36,740 nt of DNA, taken from a virus (lineage: Duplodnaviria > Caudoviricetes). How positions within the stretch are numbered: position 1 is the first letter of the stretch; each line of letters starts with the position of its first letter. Below the pieces are notes generated by a model, which saw only the letters and a list, made by a program, of their open reading frames with translations, did no database searches and was not told the DNA's origin. Location: the IMG/VR virus record IMGVR_UViG_3300042868_014222, positions 1-36,740 of that record. One strand, given 5' to 3'. Shown one piece after another: positions 7,624 through 15,891 of this stretch. Both the position numbers and the translations under genes were made by a program.

Positions 7624-8958
7624 ATGAACTTCACTTCCCCACCCCAGCAGCTAATCCCCATGAACTCCATGCCGGCATCCCTTGAGTCTGAAAAGATTGT
7701 CCTGGGAGCAGTCATGAAAGCCCCCTGCGTGGACGAGCTAACCGACCTTACGGAAGCCCACTTCTTTCACCCATCCCATGCGGTAATCTGGAAAACCATC
7801 CTTGCCTTAAACGCCAAGGGTTCCTCCACGGCAACCGCTTCGGTCGCGCAGAGGATGTCCGAGGACAAAACGATGGAGGACATCGGGGGCTTTAACACCC
7901 TCATCGAGATCACCGACTTCTGCCCCACCCACCTGATTGCCAAGGAACACGCCGAAATCCTCAAGGACAAGGCAACCAAACGGGCGGTCATCCATGCGGC
8001 AGAGCAAATCTTGGTCGAGGCAAAGAGGTTGGGCAACCAACCCGTCGAAGAACTCATGGCAGAGGTCGAGTCCATCTGGGCCGACATCAAGGGCAAGCGC
8101 CACCTACCCAAGCACTCCATGACTTTGAAGGATCTAGCCAATCCGATCATTGACAGCTTGGAGTATGCCGTCAGGAACAAGGGGGAACTCCTTGGTATCA
8201 CCTCCGGGTTCAAGAAACTCGACGAGGTTTTCAACGGGTTCCGAGGTGGTCAACTCGTCATCCTCGCCGCCCGTCCCTCCATAGGCAAAAGCGCCTTGGC
8301 TACCAACATGGCGGTCTCGGCACTCAAGGCCGGTCACAAGCCGGTTCTCTTCACCCTAGAGATGCCAGCATTGGAAGTCGGTCGCAGAATCCTCCTTGGT
8401 GAAGCGAGGATGCCCCTAGAAATCATCAGAACAGGAATTGCGGAACGAGGGGCGATGAACAAGATCATGCAATCTACGGGCATTTTAAGCGATTCTATCA
8501 TCATCAGCGAAAAGGAGAATGTTTCCATTGCTGACCTTCGATCCCAGGCGCGAATCTACAAAAAGCAGGGTAAACTGGACATCCTCTTCATTGATTACCT
8601 CCAACTCATGAAGGGAACCACGAAGAGATCAGAACAGAACCGGCATCTTGAGATCGCTGAAATCACGGGAGGTCTTAAGGAACTCGCCAAGGAATTGAAC
8701 ATCCCTGTCATTGCCCTGTCCCAACTCAACAGGGAGATCGAAAAGCGCAAGGGAGGTAAGCCCATGCTCTCCGACCTTCGTGAGTCAGGTGCCATTGAAC
8801 AGGACGCAGATATCGTGATGCTGCTCCACCGCAAGAAGGAGAAGGCATCAGAGGACGCAGAGATCCTAGTTGCCAAGAACCGATCAGGTGTAGCCAACGA
8901 GGTTAAGACCCTCTGGTTTGATGGCCCAACCACAACCTTCAGCGATTACGAGAGATGA
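7624..8958 (+). CDS. dnaB: Replicative DNA helicase
   Basis: AARPSIGKS Walker A, IDYLQLM, LSQLNR, SDLRESGAIEQDAD, AKNRSG. Confidence 0.97.
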   Translation: MNFTSPPQQLIPMNSMPASLESEKIVLGAVMKAPCVDELTDLTEAHFFHPSHAVIWKTILALNAKGSSTATASVAQRMSEDKTMEDIGGFNTLIEITDFCPTHLIAKEHAEILKDKATKRAVIHAAEQILVEAKRLGNQPVEELMAEVESIWADIKGKRHLPKHSMTLKDLANPIIDSLEYAVRNKGELLGITSGFKKLDEVFNGFRGGQLVILAARPSIGKSALATNMAVSALKAGHKPVLFTLEMPALEVGRRILLGEARMPLEIIRTGIAERGAMNKIMQSTGILSDSIIISEKENVSIADLRSQARIYKKQGKLDILFIDYLQLMKGTTKRSEQNRHLEIAEITGGLKELAKELNIPVIALSQLNREIEKRKGGKPMLSDLRESGAIEQDADIVMLLHRKKEKASEDAEILVAKNRSGVANEVKTLWFDGPTTTFSDYER

Positions 8959-8965
8959 TTAGCCA

Positions 8966-9008
8966 ACTAACATTCTGCTTGACGCTAACAAAATAACATC
9001 AGTAAAAT
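8966..9008 (+). promoter_or_regulatory. Promoter of the packaging operon
   Basis: TTGACG (8979)-N18-TAAAAT with three CTAACA/ATAACA boxes. Confidence 0.6.
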
Positions 9009-9018
9009 TACCGCAATT

Positions 9019-9180
9019 ATGGGAGTTAGTAAACCACGTTCACAAGGCAAAGGAGATGGTCGTCGAGACAACTTCAAAGCCTTCTCTGAAGGAATAGATT
9101 CTATCCAGCGTCGAGACAACCCACTCACAGGCAAGGTCTTCCTCAAGAAAGCAAATAGAACCGTCGTCAAGTATGGGTAA
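9019..9180 (+). CDS. 53-aa basic hypothetical protein (GKGDGRR motif)
   Basis: ATG just after the promoter; overlaps the terS start. Confidence 0.6.
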   Translation: MGVSKPRSQGKGDGRRDNFKAFSEGIDSIQRRDNPLTGKVFLKKANRTVVKYG

Positions 9181-9553
9181 GCCTCTCAAACCTCGCCAAG
9201 AGAAACTGGCAAAGGCACTTGCTACTGGATCAACCCTAGCCGTTGCCTCTAAAAAGGCCGGCTACAAGGGCAATCCTAAATCCGCCCACAACATCCTCAA
9301 GAAAGTGGAAGTAAGTGGAAGGGTCGAGGAACTGCGATCCATTGCAGAAGAGAAACTAGAACTATCGCGTCAGGAGTACCTTAAAACCGCTTGGAGTCGC
9401 TACATCGAACTAGCACCCGATCATCCTGTTACCGCCAAGTACGGGGAAATGGTCGCAAAAGCCCAGGGATGGAACGAACCCGACAAGGTAGAACTAAACG
9501 GAGGAATGGACATCATCGTCCGCATCGGTGGCAAGACCCAAGATCATAGTTGA
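9173..9553 (+). CDS. terS: Terminase small subunit
   Basis: LKPRQEKLA...ASKKAGY...AHNILKK.EV..RVEELR; directly upstream of TerL. Confidence 0.8.
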   Translation: MGKPLKPRQEKLAKALATGSTLAVASKKAGYKGNPKSAHNILKKVEVSGRVEELRSIAEEKLELSRQEYLKTAWSRYIELAPDHPVTAKYGEMVAKAQGWNEPDKVELNGGMDIIVRIGGKTQDHS

Positions 9554-10838
9554 ACTGGAACCACGGGATCAGTTCCGAGGCTACCTTGAGCGCAAGGAGC
9601 GTTGGGCCTGCCTAGTTGTCCATCGTCGAGGCGGCAAGACCTTTGGCTGCATCCAAGACCTTCTGCATAGGGCGCTGACCCATCGCAGAGAGGGGCCGGC
9701 GTTGCGCTATGCCTACCTTGCACCTACCCGAGACCAGACCAAGGACATCGCATGGGGCTATCTGAAGCAATTCACGGCACAGATCCCCGATGTCAAAGTC
9801 AACGAGGCCGACTTGCAGATCACCCTTCCGAACAAGGCAACCATTCGCCTCTACTCCGGGGAAGCCTACGAACGACTCCGAGGCATCTACCTTGATGGCG
9901 TCATCATTGACGAGTTTGCCGACATAGATCCCCAAGCATGGTATGCCGTCATCCGCCCCTGCTTATCCGACTACCAAGGGTGGGCAACCTTCATCGGGAC
10001 GCCCAAGGGTCGCAATGCCTTCTGGAGACTCTGGAAGGAAGCCACGGGCAACCCCGAATGGTTCACCCTGCAACTCAAGGCAAGCGAGTCAGGTATCCTG
10101 GACAGCAAGGAACTCTCTGACATCAAGCGAGGGACGCCGGCTCATATCTACGATCAGGAGTATGAATGCTCCTTCGATGTGGGTCGCCCTGGTGCGATCT
10201 ACTCCAAGTCACTTGCCGAGGCCCGTAACAACCGCAGGATCAGCAATGATGTCCTTTGGTTCAAGGAGGCGCCCGTCTACACCTCCTTTGACGTAGGCGC
10301 TCCACTCAATCAGAGGTGCTGGATATGGCAGATGGTCGGAGACCGCATCAACTTCCTAGAGGCATTGTCAGGAGGAGATGACTGCAAGACGCCGGCGGAT
10401 TGGGCAGGCCGGCTTACCCAGAAGCAGTATCGCTACGGGGCGCATTTCATCCCGCATGACGCAGCACAGGAGAACGGGGGGCTATGGCAGGAATCTCTCA
10501 AGCTCGGAGGTCTAGCCAATGTTGTCCCTGTTCCACGGCAGATGTCTGTCTGGGACGGCATCAACCTAGCCCTCGACGCATTCCCTCGCATCAGCTTCAA
10601 CGAGGAAGGGTGCCGTGACGGGATCGACTCGCTCGACGCATACCACTCCAAGGAAGAGCGTGATGGAGTCACTATCAAGAATGTCCCCGTTCACGATTGG
10701 TCGTCTCACGGGTCAGACTCCTTTTCCCTAGCTCATCAGGCGATCAAGGCGGGGCTTGTCGTTGACCGAACAGCAATCGCAAGGCGTCCGAGGCCGATGG
10801 GTCGCCCGGATGTCATCATGGGATTCCGAGGAACTTGA
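9528..10838 (+). CDS. terL: Terminase large subunit
   Basis: HRRGGKT Walker A, APTRDQ, LRG, IIDEFAD Walker B, GTPKG, FDVG, HDWSSHGSD nuclease motif. Confidence 0.95.
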   Translation: MARPKIIVELEPRDQFRGYLERKERWACLVVHRRGGKTFGCIQDLLHRALTHRREGPALRYAYLAPTRDQTKDIAWGYLKQFTAQIPDVKVNEADLQITLPNKATIRLYSGEAYERLRGIYLDGVIIDEFADIDPQAWYAVIRPCLSDYQGWATFIGTPKGRNAFWRLWKEATGNPEWFTLQLKASESGILDSKELSDIKRGTPAHIYDQEYECSFDVGRPGAIYSKSLAEARNNRRISNDVLWFKEAPVYTSFDVGAPLNQRCWIWQMVGDRINFLEALSGGDDCKTPADWAGRLTQKQYRYGAHFIPHDAAQENGGLWQESLKLGGLANVVPVPRQMSVWDGINLALDAFPRISFNEEGCRDGIDSLDAYHSKEERDGVTIKNVPVHDWSSHGSDSFSLAHQAIKAGLVVDRTAIARRPRPMGRPDVIMGFRGT

Positions 10839-10998
10839 AAAAAATGTTTCCTTTTTCAAGATGGCCGGCATATTCTGGCAACCCAACCAGAAAACATTCC
10901 GATGAAGATCAGCATTCACAGGCTCAATCAGCGTCTCGTCCGGGCGCGGAACCTACAAAAGCTGGAAACCTCCGAGTCCCAATGGCAGAGTGCCGTGC

Positions 10999-11175
10999 AT
11001 GGCAACCAAGAAGACTCATGGCGGCAAGCGCAAGGGATCAGGACGCAAGGCCACGGGAAGGAAGTCCGAGACAAAATCTATCTCCATGTTGCGAGAGCAA
11101 TGGGAGAAGGTGGACAAGAGCAGGGGAACGACTGCCAGGGGCAAATGGATTGGGGATTTGGTCGATAGGGAGTGA
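10999..11175 (+). CDS. Small DNA-binding protein (GGxRxGSGRK hook plus RHH-like region)
   Basis: THGGKRKGSGRK...TKSISMLREQWEKVD; start placed at ATG 10999. Confidence 0.7.
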   Translation: MATKKTHGGKRKGSGRKATGRKSETKSISMLREQWEKVDKSRGTTARGKWIGDLVDRE

Positions 11176-11528
11176 CGATGACGCCCGCTGAACAGGCGGC
11201 GGCAGTCTATCAACGGGAGCATTGCGCTAGGTCATTCAAGGAAGACCTAGAGGCTCACTTGCTCAATGGTCACGTTCACTCTACCGATCAGTATTTCATC
11301 ATGGGGCGCAAAGTTAGGAGGGACGCACCTCATGCCGACATCGTGAATCCCTGGGTCAAACACGCTAACCCTGATTGCTGGTTAGTCTACCTCCATGCCG
11401 GCAATATGAGACTCGCCTTTGAAGCGGCAGATGTCCGACTTCCCTTTGTCTGTTTCGAGAAAAGAAATCGCCTAAAGTTCTACACATGGGAAGAAATCCA
11501 TAAAAGAACCGAGCGATTCTTCGCATAA
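11172..11528 (+). CDS. Phage hypothetical protein (possible degenerate GNAT-like fold)
   Basis: GHVHST..FIMGR..DCWLVY..AG..LPFVCFEKR; position between TerL and portal. Confidence 0.6.
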   Translation: MTMTPAEQAAAVYQREHCARSFKEDLEAHLLNGHVHSTDQYFIMGRKVRRDAPHADIVNPWVKHANPDCWLVYLHAGNMRLAFEAADVRLPFVCFEKRNRLKFYTWEEIHKRTERFFA

Positions 11529-11569
11529 TTCCTCTTGCCAAGTTAGTACGCGGATGTTAATTCCGCTTA

Positions 11570-11938
11570 ATGCTTTCCAAGATTGAATCGTTTTTCGATG
11601 AATTAGTTTCGGCTCTCACGCCCGAAATGGCAGTTGCCGGCGGCATTCCGTTCCCCAAGGAGAAGTACGATAACAAGCCCTCTCTGGCGCTCCACAAGGG
11701 GGGCGGGAATCCTCCGCCTCCTCCTGCTCCTCCGCAGATCAACATCCCTCCTCCTCCTCCTCCTCCCCCACCCCCGCCACCACCTCCGACCGCTTCCTCC
11801 GCTGATGTCGCCGCACAGCAGCAGTCCGCTTTGCAGAACAACGCCGGTCGGTTTGGATTCCGGGCTTCCCTCCTCAAGGACGGGAAAGCCGAGTCCTCCA
11901 ACAGCGCCACGGGTAGCGGTTCCCTGCTTGGTTCCTAA
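11570..11938 (+). CDS. Small Pro-rich virion-associated protein upstream of portal
   Basis: HKGGG.PPPPP..., G.RASLL...SLLGS ending typical of pre-portal proteins of short-tailed phages. Confidence 0.7.
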   Translation: MLSKIESFFDELVSALTPEMAVAGGIPFPKEKYDNKPSLALHKGGGNPPPPPAPPQINIPPPPPPPPPPPPPPTASSADVAAQQQSALQNNAGRFGFRASLLKDGKAESSNSATGSGSLLGS

Positions 11939-11941
11939 CCG

Positions 11942-13699
11942 ATGGCGAAGACATCCGATGCCGTTGCCGAGTTGACTGTTCCTAAAAAAGAGAACAGCAA
12001 GAGTGAGCTTGCTGCCGGGATCGTCTCCCGTTGGTCGAAGCTGGAGGCAGATCGCAACTATTGGATGAGTATGTGGCAGCAGATTGCGGAGCTTGTGATG
12101 CCCCGCAAGTCGTACATCCTCTGCACGACCATCACCCCCAACAGCGAACGTGAGGCCCGTCTCTACGATTCCACGGGCGTCCGCGCCAACCAAGTCCTTG
12201 CCGCAGGGTGTATGTCCTATATCACGCCGGCAGATAGCCGTTGGTGTTCCTTTGATGCTCCCTCCGAGATCGAGGATGGGGACGGGGTGCAGGAATACTT
12301 TGCCGAAGTGACGGAGATCGTCATGGAGACTCTTGCCCGTTCCAACTTCCACCAGGCAATCCATGAGCTTTACCTAGACCGTGGATGCTTTGGTTCCGCA
12401 GTCCTCTTCGTGGAACCCGGAGAGAAGCTGCCCATCACCTTCACCAACGTCGATGTCGGGACGTTCTGCATCTCCGAGAACTACGAGGGCTATGTGGACA
12501 CCATGTTCCGCCGGCTGGAGATGACGACCCGCCAGTTGGTTCAGCAGTTCGGGATTGATAGCGTCTCCGATGCCGTTCGCAAGTGCTACAACGATGCCAA
12601 CGGCAAGGGCATGGACGAGAAGTGGAACGTGATCCACGGCGTCTATCCCCGTGAAGAGGGCGCAAGGAACAAGGGAAAGTATGACGGGCCGAACAAGCCC
12701 ATTGCCTCCTGCTACGTCGAGGAGAAGTCCAAGCACGTTCTCCGCGAGTCGGGATACGACGAGTTGCCCTTCATGGCTACCCGCTACCTCAAATGGCAAA
12801 AGTCGGCCTATGGATGGTCGCCCTCATGGGTCGCCATGCCTGACCTTCGTCAACTCAACTTCCTCCAGAAGCAGATGGATGCCTTGGCGGAACTTGCCGC
12901 CTTCCCACGCATCCTCGCTCCCGATTCGCTGGAGTCCTCCATCGACCTCCGAGCCGGCGGAGTGACCTACTTCAACGCCGCAGATCCCAATGCCCGTCCT
13001 ATCGAATGGGCAACGCAGGGTCGCTATGACATCGGCCTTGAGCGTGTCGCGCAGAAGCAGAACGACATCAAGGAAGCCTTCTCGGTTCCCCTCTTCCAGA
13101 TGTTTAGCGCCGAGGAGTCAGCGGCACCGAATCGCATGACAGCAACGGAGGTCAACGCCCGGAATGCCGAGCGTCTGGCGCAATTCTCGCCCACTTTCTC
13201 CCGTCTCACGACCGAACTCCTGACCCCTCTCCTTCAGAGGGTCTACGGCATCTTGGCAAGGAACGGTGCATTCCCCCCACCCCCAGAGGCGCTTATTCAG
13301 CAGTCGCCAACGGGGGAACTCTTTATTCCCGAACCGAAGGTCAACTTCAACAGCAGGATCGCCCTTGCCGTGAAGAACATGGAGCAGGGCGCGACCGATG
13401 CGACCGTCCAGAGGGCAGCGGCACTTGCCTCTGTGACCCAAGACCCGTCCGTGTTCGACAACTTCGACACCGATAAGATGGTCAGGGAAAGCGCCTTGGC
13501 CTCTGGCATGGATAGCGAATACCTCCGACCACAGGAACAAGTCGCCCAAATGCGTCAGCAGAGGGTGCAGGCCCAACAGCAGATGCAGGAGATGCAGGCG
13601 CAACAACACGCCGCCGAAGTTGCCGCCAAGGTGGGAGGCATCAAGGGAGATTCCGCAATGGTGCAAGGCGTCCAGTCCCAGATGGCTTCCATGATGTAA
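11942..13699 (+). CDS. Portal (head-tail connector, T7/BPP-1 type)
   Basis: WQQIAELVMP, LYDSTG, SNF...LY.D...FG, ESGYDELPF...R, YGWSP, RMTATEV..R. Confidence 0.95.
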   Translation: MAKTSDAVAELTVPKKENSKSELAAGIVSRWSKLEADRNYWMSMWQQIAELVMPRKSYILCTTITPNSEREARLYDSTGVRANQVLAAGCMSYITPADSRWCSFDAPSEIEDGDGVQEYFAEVTEIVMETLARSNFHQAIHELYLDRGCFGSAVLFVEPGEKLPITFTNVDVGTFCISENYEGYVDTMFRRLEMTTRQLVQQFGIDSVSDAVRKCYNDANGKGMDEKWNVIHGVYPREEGARNKGKYDGPNKPIASCYVEEKSKHVLRESGYDELPFMATRYLKWQKSAYGWSPSWVAMPDLRQLNFLQKQMDALAELAAFPRILAPDSLESSIDLRAGGVTYFNAADPNARPIEWATQGRYDIGLERVAQKQNDIKEAFSVPLFQMFSAEESAAPNRMTATEVNARNAERLAQFSPTFSRLTTELLTPLLQRVYGILARNGAFPPPPEALIQQSPTGELFIPEPKVNFNSRIALAVKNMEQGATDATVQRAAALASVTQDPSVFDNFDTDKMVRESALASGMDSEYLRPQEQVAQMRQQRVQAQQQMQEMQAQQHAAEVAAKVGGIKGDSAMVQGVQSQMASMM

Positions 13700-13721
13700 C
13701 GACACCCCGACCATTCCGACC

Positions 13722-13997
13722 ATGCCGACACTTACTGACAGAGACCTAGAAATCCAACGCATTGCCGCAGCCTACGGGTATTTTGAGACCGACCCCGGCA
13801 AACTGGTCATCTCCGACCTAGAGAAAGCCTTTGGCATCAATGCCCAGGCATTCCTTCCCGATTCCAAGGGAGACTTTTGCCCACTCCGAGCCGCAATCAG
13901 GGACGGGCAGAGAAGCGTCCTGCTTCATATGAAGGCGATTGCAATCAAACACAACAATGGCGAGACCACAAAAAAACCCGACACCAAGCGAGACTAA
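13722..13997 (+). CDS. Bbp19-like small protein
   Basis: F.TDPGKLVISDL...AAIRDGQRSVLLH after the portal. Confidence 0.75.
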   Translation: MPTLTDRDLEIQRIAAAYGYFETDPGKLVISDLEKAFGINAQAFLPDSKGDFCPLRAAIRDGQRSVLLHMKAIAIKHNNGETTKKPDTKRD

Positions 13998-14151
13998 CAA
14001 CCTCCCCGAACCAGAGCAGTCCCCCCTCATGGGAGACCTCACCCCCGACTACATCCTCTGGTTCAAGAAGACGCACTCCCGCGAGGAGTTCATCGCACGA
14101 TATTCCGAACGCATCCCGACCGAATACCCAACAACCCATCAAATTGACTAA
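13957..14151 (+). CDS. Hypothetical protein
   Basis: ATG 13957; P.MGDLTP.YI.W motif; abuts the scaffold gene. Confidence 0.6.
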   Translation: MARPQKNPTPSETNNLPEPEQSPLMGDLTPDYILWFKKTHSREEFIARYSERIPTEYPTTHQID

Positions 14152-15060
14152 ATGATCACATCTGACGCCATTGCCGCAGACCCCGTGGACGGAAACGCCC
14201 TCTTAAGTCAGCAGGCTAACACCCCTCCCCCTAGCACCCCCTCGCCCATTGGGGATAACCTCCTCTCGACCCCTGCACCAGAGGCGCCGGCCTCCAACTC
14301 GCCTTGGGTCAATGACAAGGGAGAGTTTTCCGAAGGTTGGCTTGACCGCCTTCCGAAGGAACTATCCGAACACAAGCAGATCCTCGGTCAGTTCAAGGAC
14401 ATCGACGGGGCGCTCAAGACCCTTGTTTCGCAGCAGAAGATGCTCGGCAAGAAGGCCGATGCCATCCTGATCCCTGACGACAAGGCTTCTCCCGAAGAGA
14501 AAGCCGCATTCCTCCGTAAGCTCGGAGTGCCAGAGTCACCCGAAGCGTACCAACTCCGCCCGAAGGATCTCCCTGCCGGCTATGAGTGGGATGACAATGT
14601 GGCGAAAGAGTTCAATGCCCTTGCCCATCAGAACGGAATCACCCCGAAGCAGATGGATGCCCTCATGGGGCGCTATGCCGCCCTTGAGTCGCAGAAGGCC
14701 GAAGCCGCAGCTTCCCAGCAGAAAGCCGAGATCGAAGCCGGTCGCAAGACCCTGGCTGAAGCGTGGGGCGACAAGTACGATGTGGAGCTATCGGTTGCCC
14801 GTCGAGCCGCACAAGTCGCCGGCGTCGATGTCAACTCCAAGGGGTTCTCTGACCCTTCGGTCGTCCTCGCCTTCAACCGACTCGCCCGGATGATGTCTGA
14901 TGACAAGATCGTGAACAGCGATACCGCAGGAACCATGATGGCAGGCAAGGCCCGTGCGATGGACATCATGACCAACCCCTCCAACCCCCTGCATGGCAAG
15001 TATGCCTCTGGGGACAAGACAACCGCTGATCTGGTCTCTGACCTTCTGAAAAATGGATAA
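14152..15060 (+). CDS. Capsid assembly scaffolding protein
   Basis: WLDRLP..L, KLGVPESPEAY, A...GITPKQ, L...WG..YD motifs; upstream of the capsid gene. Confidence 0.85.
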   Translation: MITSDAIAADPVDGNALLSQQANTPPPSTPSPIGDNLLSTPAPEAPASNSPWVNDKGEFSEGWLDRLPKELSEHKQILGQFKDIDGALKTLVSQQKMLGKKADAILIPDDKASPEEKAAFLRKLGVPESPEAYQLRPKDLPAGYEWDDNVAKEFNALAHQNGITPKQMDALMGRYAALESQKAEAAASQQKAEIEAGRKTLAEAWGDKYDVELSVARRAAQVAGVDVNSKGFSDPSVVLAFNRLARMMSDDKIVNSDTAGTMMAGKARAMDIMTNPSNPLHGKYASGDKTTADLVSDLLKNG

Positions 15061-15373
15061 CCAATACGACAACGAACGCAAGGGCGTCCTCTTCCTCAAG
15101 GGGAGCGAGAACCCGAAAGCCCCCAAGTGGTCGGGCAAGATGACCCTCAGAGGCGTCGAGTACCAGGTTGCCGCATGGGAGAAGATGTCCAAGTCGGGAA
15201 AGGATATGCTGACTATCTCCATCACCGACAAGCCGGCAGGAGGAAGCTATGCGAACTCCCCAAGGCGCGACGACTATCCTCCATCCCCTGCTCTGGTGGC
15301 TCATAACAAGGCCAAGGCCAACGGCTACCAGAAGCAGTATCAAGAGGATGATACGGACGGCATTCCCTTTTAA
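15053..15373 (+). CDS. Small ssDNA-binding-like protein (DUF736-like) with acidic DDTDGIPF tail
   Basis: GVLF..ENPKAP.WSG...GVEY.VAAW..SKSG..L.ISI; SSB-type C-terminus. Confidence 0.7.
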   Translation: MDNQYDNERKGVLFLKGSENPKAPKWSGKMTLRGVEYQVAAWEKMSKSGKDMLTISITDKPAGGSYANSPRRDDYPPSPALVAHNKAKANGYQKQYQEDDTDGIPF

Positions 15374-15397
15374 CCTTTAGCTTGGTGGTTCATGCAC

Positions 15398-15434
15398 AAG
15401 CCCTCACCGGGAAACTGGTGGGGGTTTTGCTTTT
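15398..15434 (+). terminator. Rho-independent terminator
   Basis: AAGCCCTCACCGG-GAAA-CTGGTGGGGGTTT stem then TGCTTTT. Confidence 0.85.
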
Positions 15435-15597
15435 GCGGAGAATAGCCCGATTATTCACCGCATAACACCCGATTGGGATGTCAGCTATAGCTACCGTTAC
15501 CGGCCTTAATTTCCGCTAAAGGAAACCTTACTTGTTAAAGAAACGCATCGGTATCTTTAATAGCTAACAGAGTTGTTAAAGATTGGCAGACGGCAAA
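15434..15597. repeat. Array of 8-9 different abutting imperfect palindromes
   Basis: Individual inverted repeats are listed in the findings; no ORF in the track. Confidence 0.7.
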
Positions 15598-15602
15598 TGT
15601 GT

Positions 15603-15673
15603 AAGTCGGAGGGGGATTTGAACCCCCATACCCTCCATTGGGAGGGATCTTGCCCCCTTTAGATCATCCGACT
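15603..15673 (-). ncRNA. tRNA-like RNA with a 4-nt loop in place of the anticodon loop
   Basis: AGTCGGA-TG-ATCT(AAAGGGGGCA)AGAT-CCCTCC(CAAT)GGAGGG-TAT-GGGGG(TTCAAAT)CCCCC-TCCGACT-T; all four stems are perfect Watson-Crick. Confidence 0.8.
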
Positions 15674-15681
15674 GACATCGG

Positions 15682-15709
15682 ACTCTACAAATCATTTCAG
15701 AAACCGCAA
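15682..15709 (-). promoter_or_regulatory. Candidate promoter for the tRNA-like RNA
   Basis: TTGCGG-N16-TAGAGT ending 8 nt before the acceptor stem. Confidence 0.45.
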
Positions 15710-15767
15710 TCTTTTTGTGCGAATTATCGTTGACGGGTTAGGTGGGTGATGTTAGTTGCTTGAAATA

Positions 15768-15891
15768 GACAAACCGAGAGGCAACCCCTCTAGCAATTGC
15801 TAGGTGTGGATCTGTGTAGGTTGGTCATCCCCGAAGTTAAGTGATCCCGTAAGGGGCAACCTCTTGTTCGGTTTAGTCAGTATCCTACACA
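15768..15891 (+). ncRNA. Structured 5' leader of the major capsid gene
   Basis: AAACCGA/TCGGTTT outer helix, CTAGCAATTGCTAG hairpin, two GGCAACC motifs, crossing helix TGTGTAGG/CCTACACA. Confidence 0.55.

Noticed and set aside
10834-10860. Inverted repeat CTTGAAAAA/TTTTTCAAG after terL
   Set aside because: A/T-rich stem without a U-tail; a single occurrence, so no function can be supported.
10835-11191. ORFs 10835-11191 and 10902-11168
   Set aside because: They overlap the motif-bearing 10999-11175 gene in other frames and show no recognisable motif; 10902 cannot be fully excluded.
15434-15597. CRISPR array or mini-array
   Set aside because: No repeated unit; every palindrome differs. The Cas4-like gene is a standalone phage exonuclease next to RecT.
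15603-15673. Functional decoding tRNA (e.g. Trp CCA or Leu CAA) or att-site remnant
   Set aside because: Anticodon loop is 4 nt (at most 6 nt if one pair is opened). The element is full length and far from the integrase, unlike an attP tRNA fragment.
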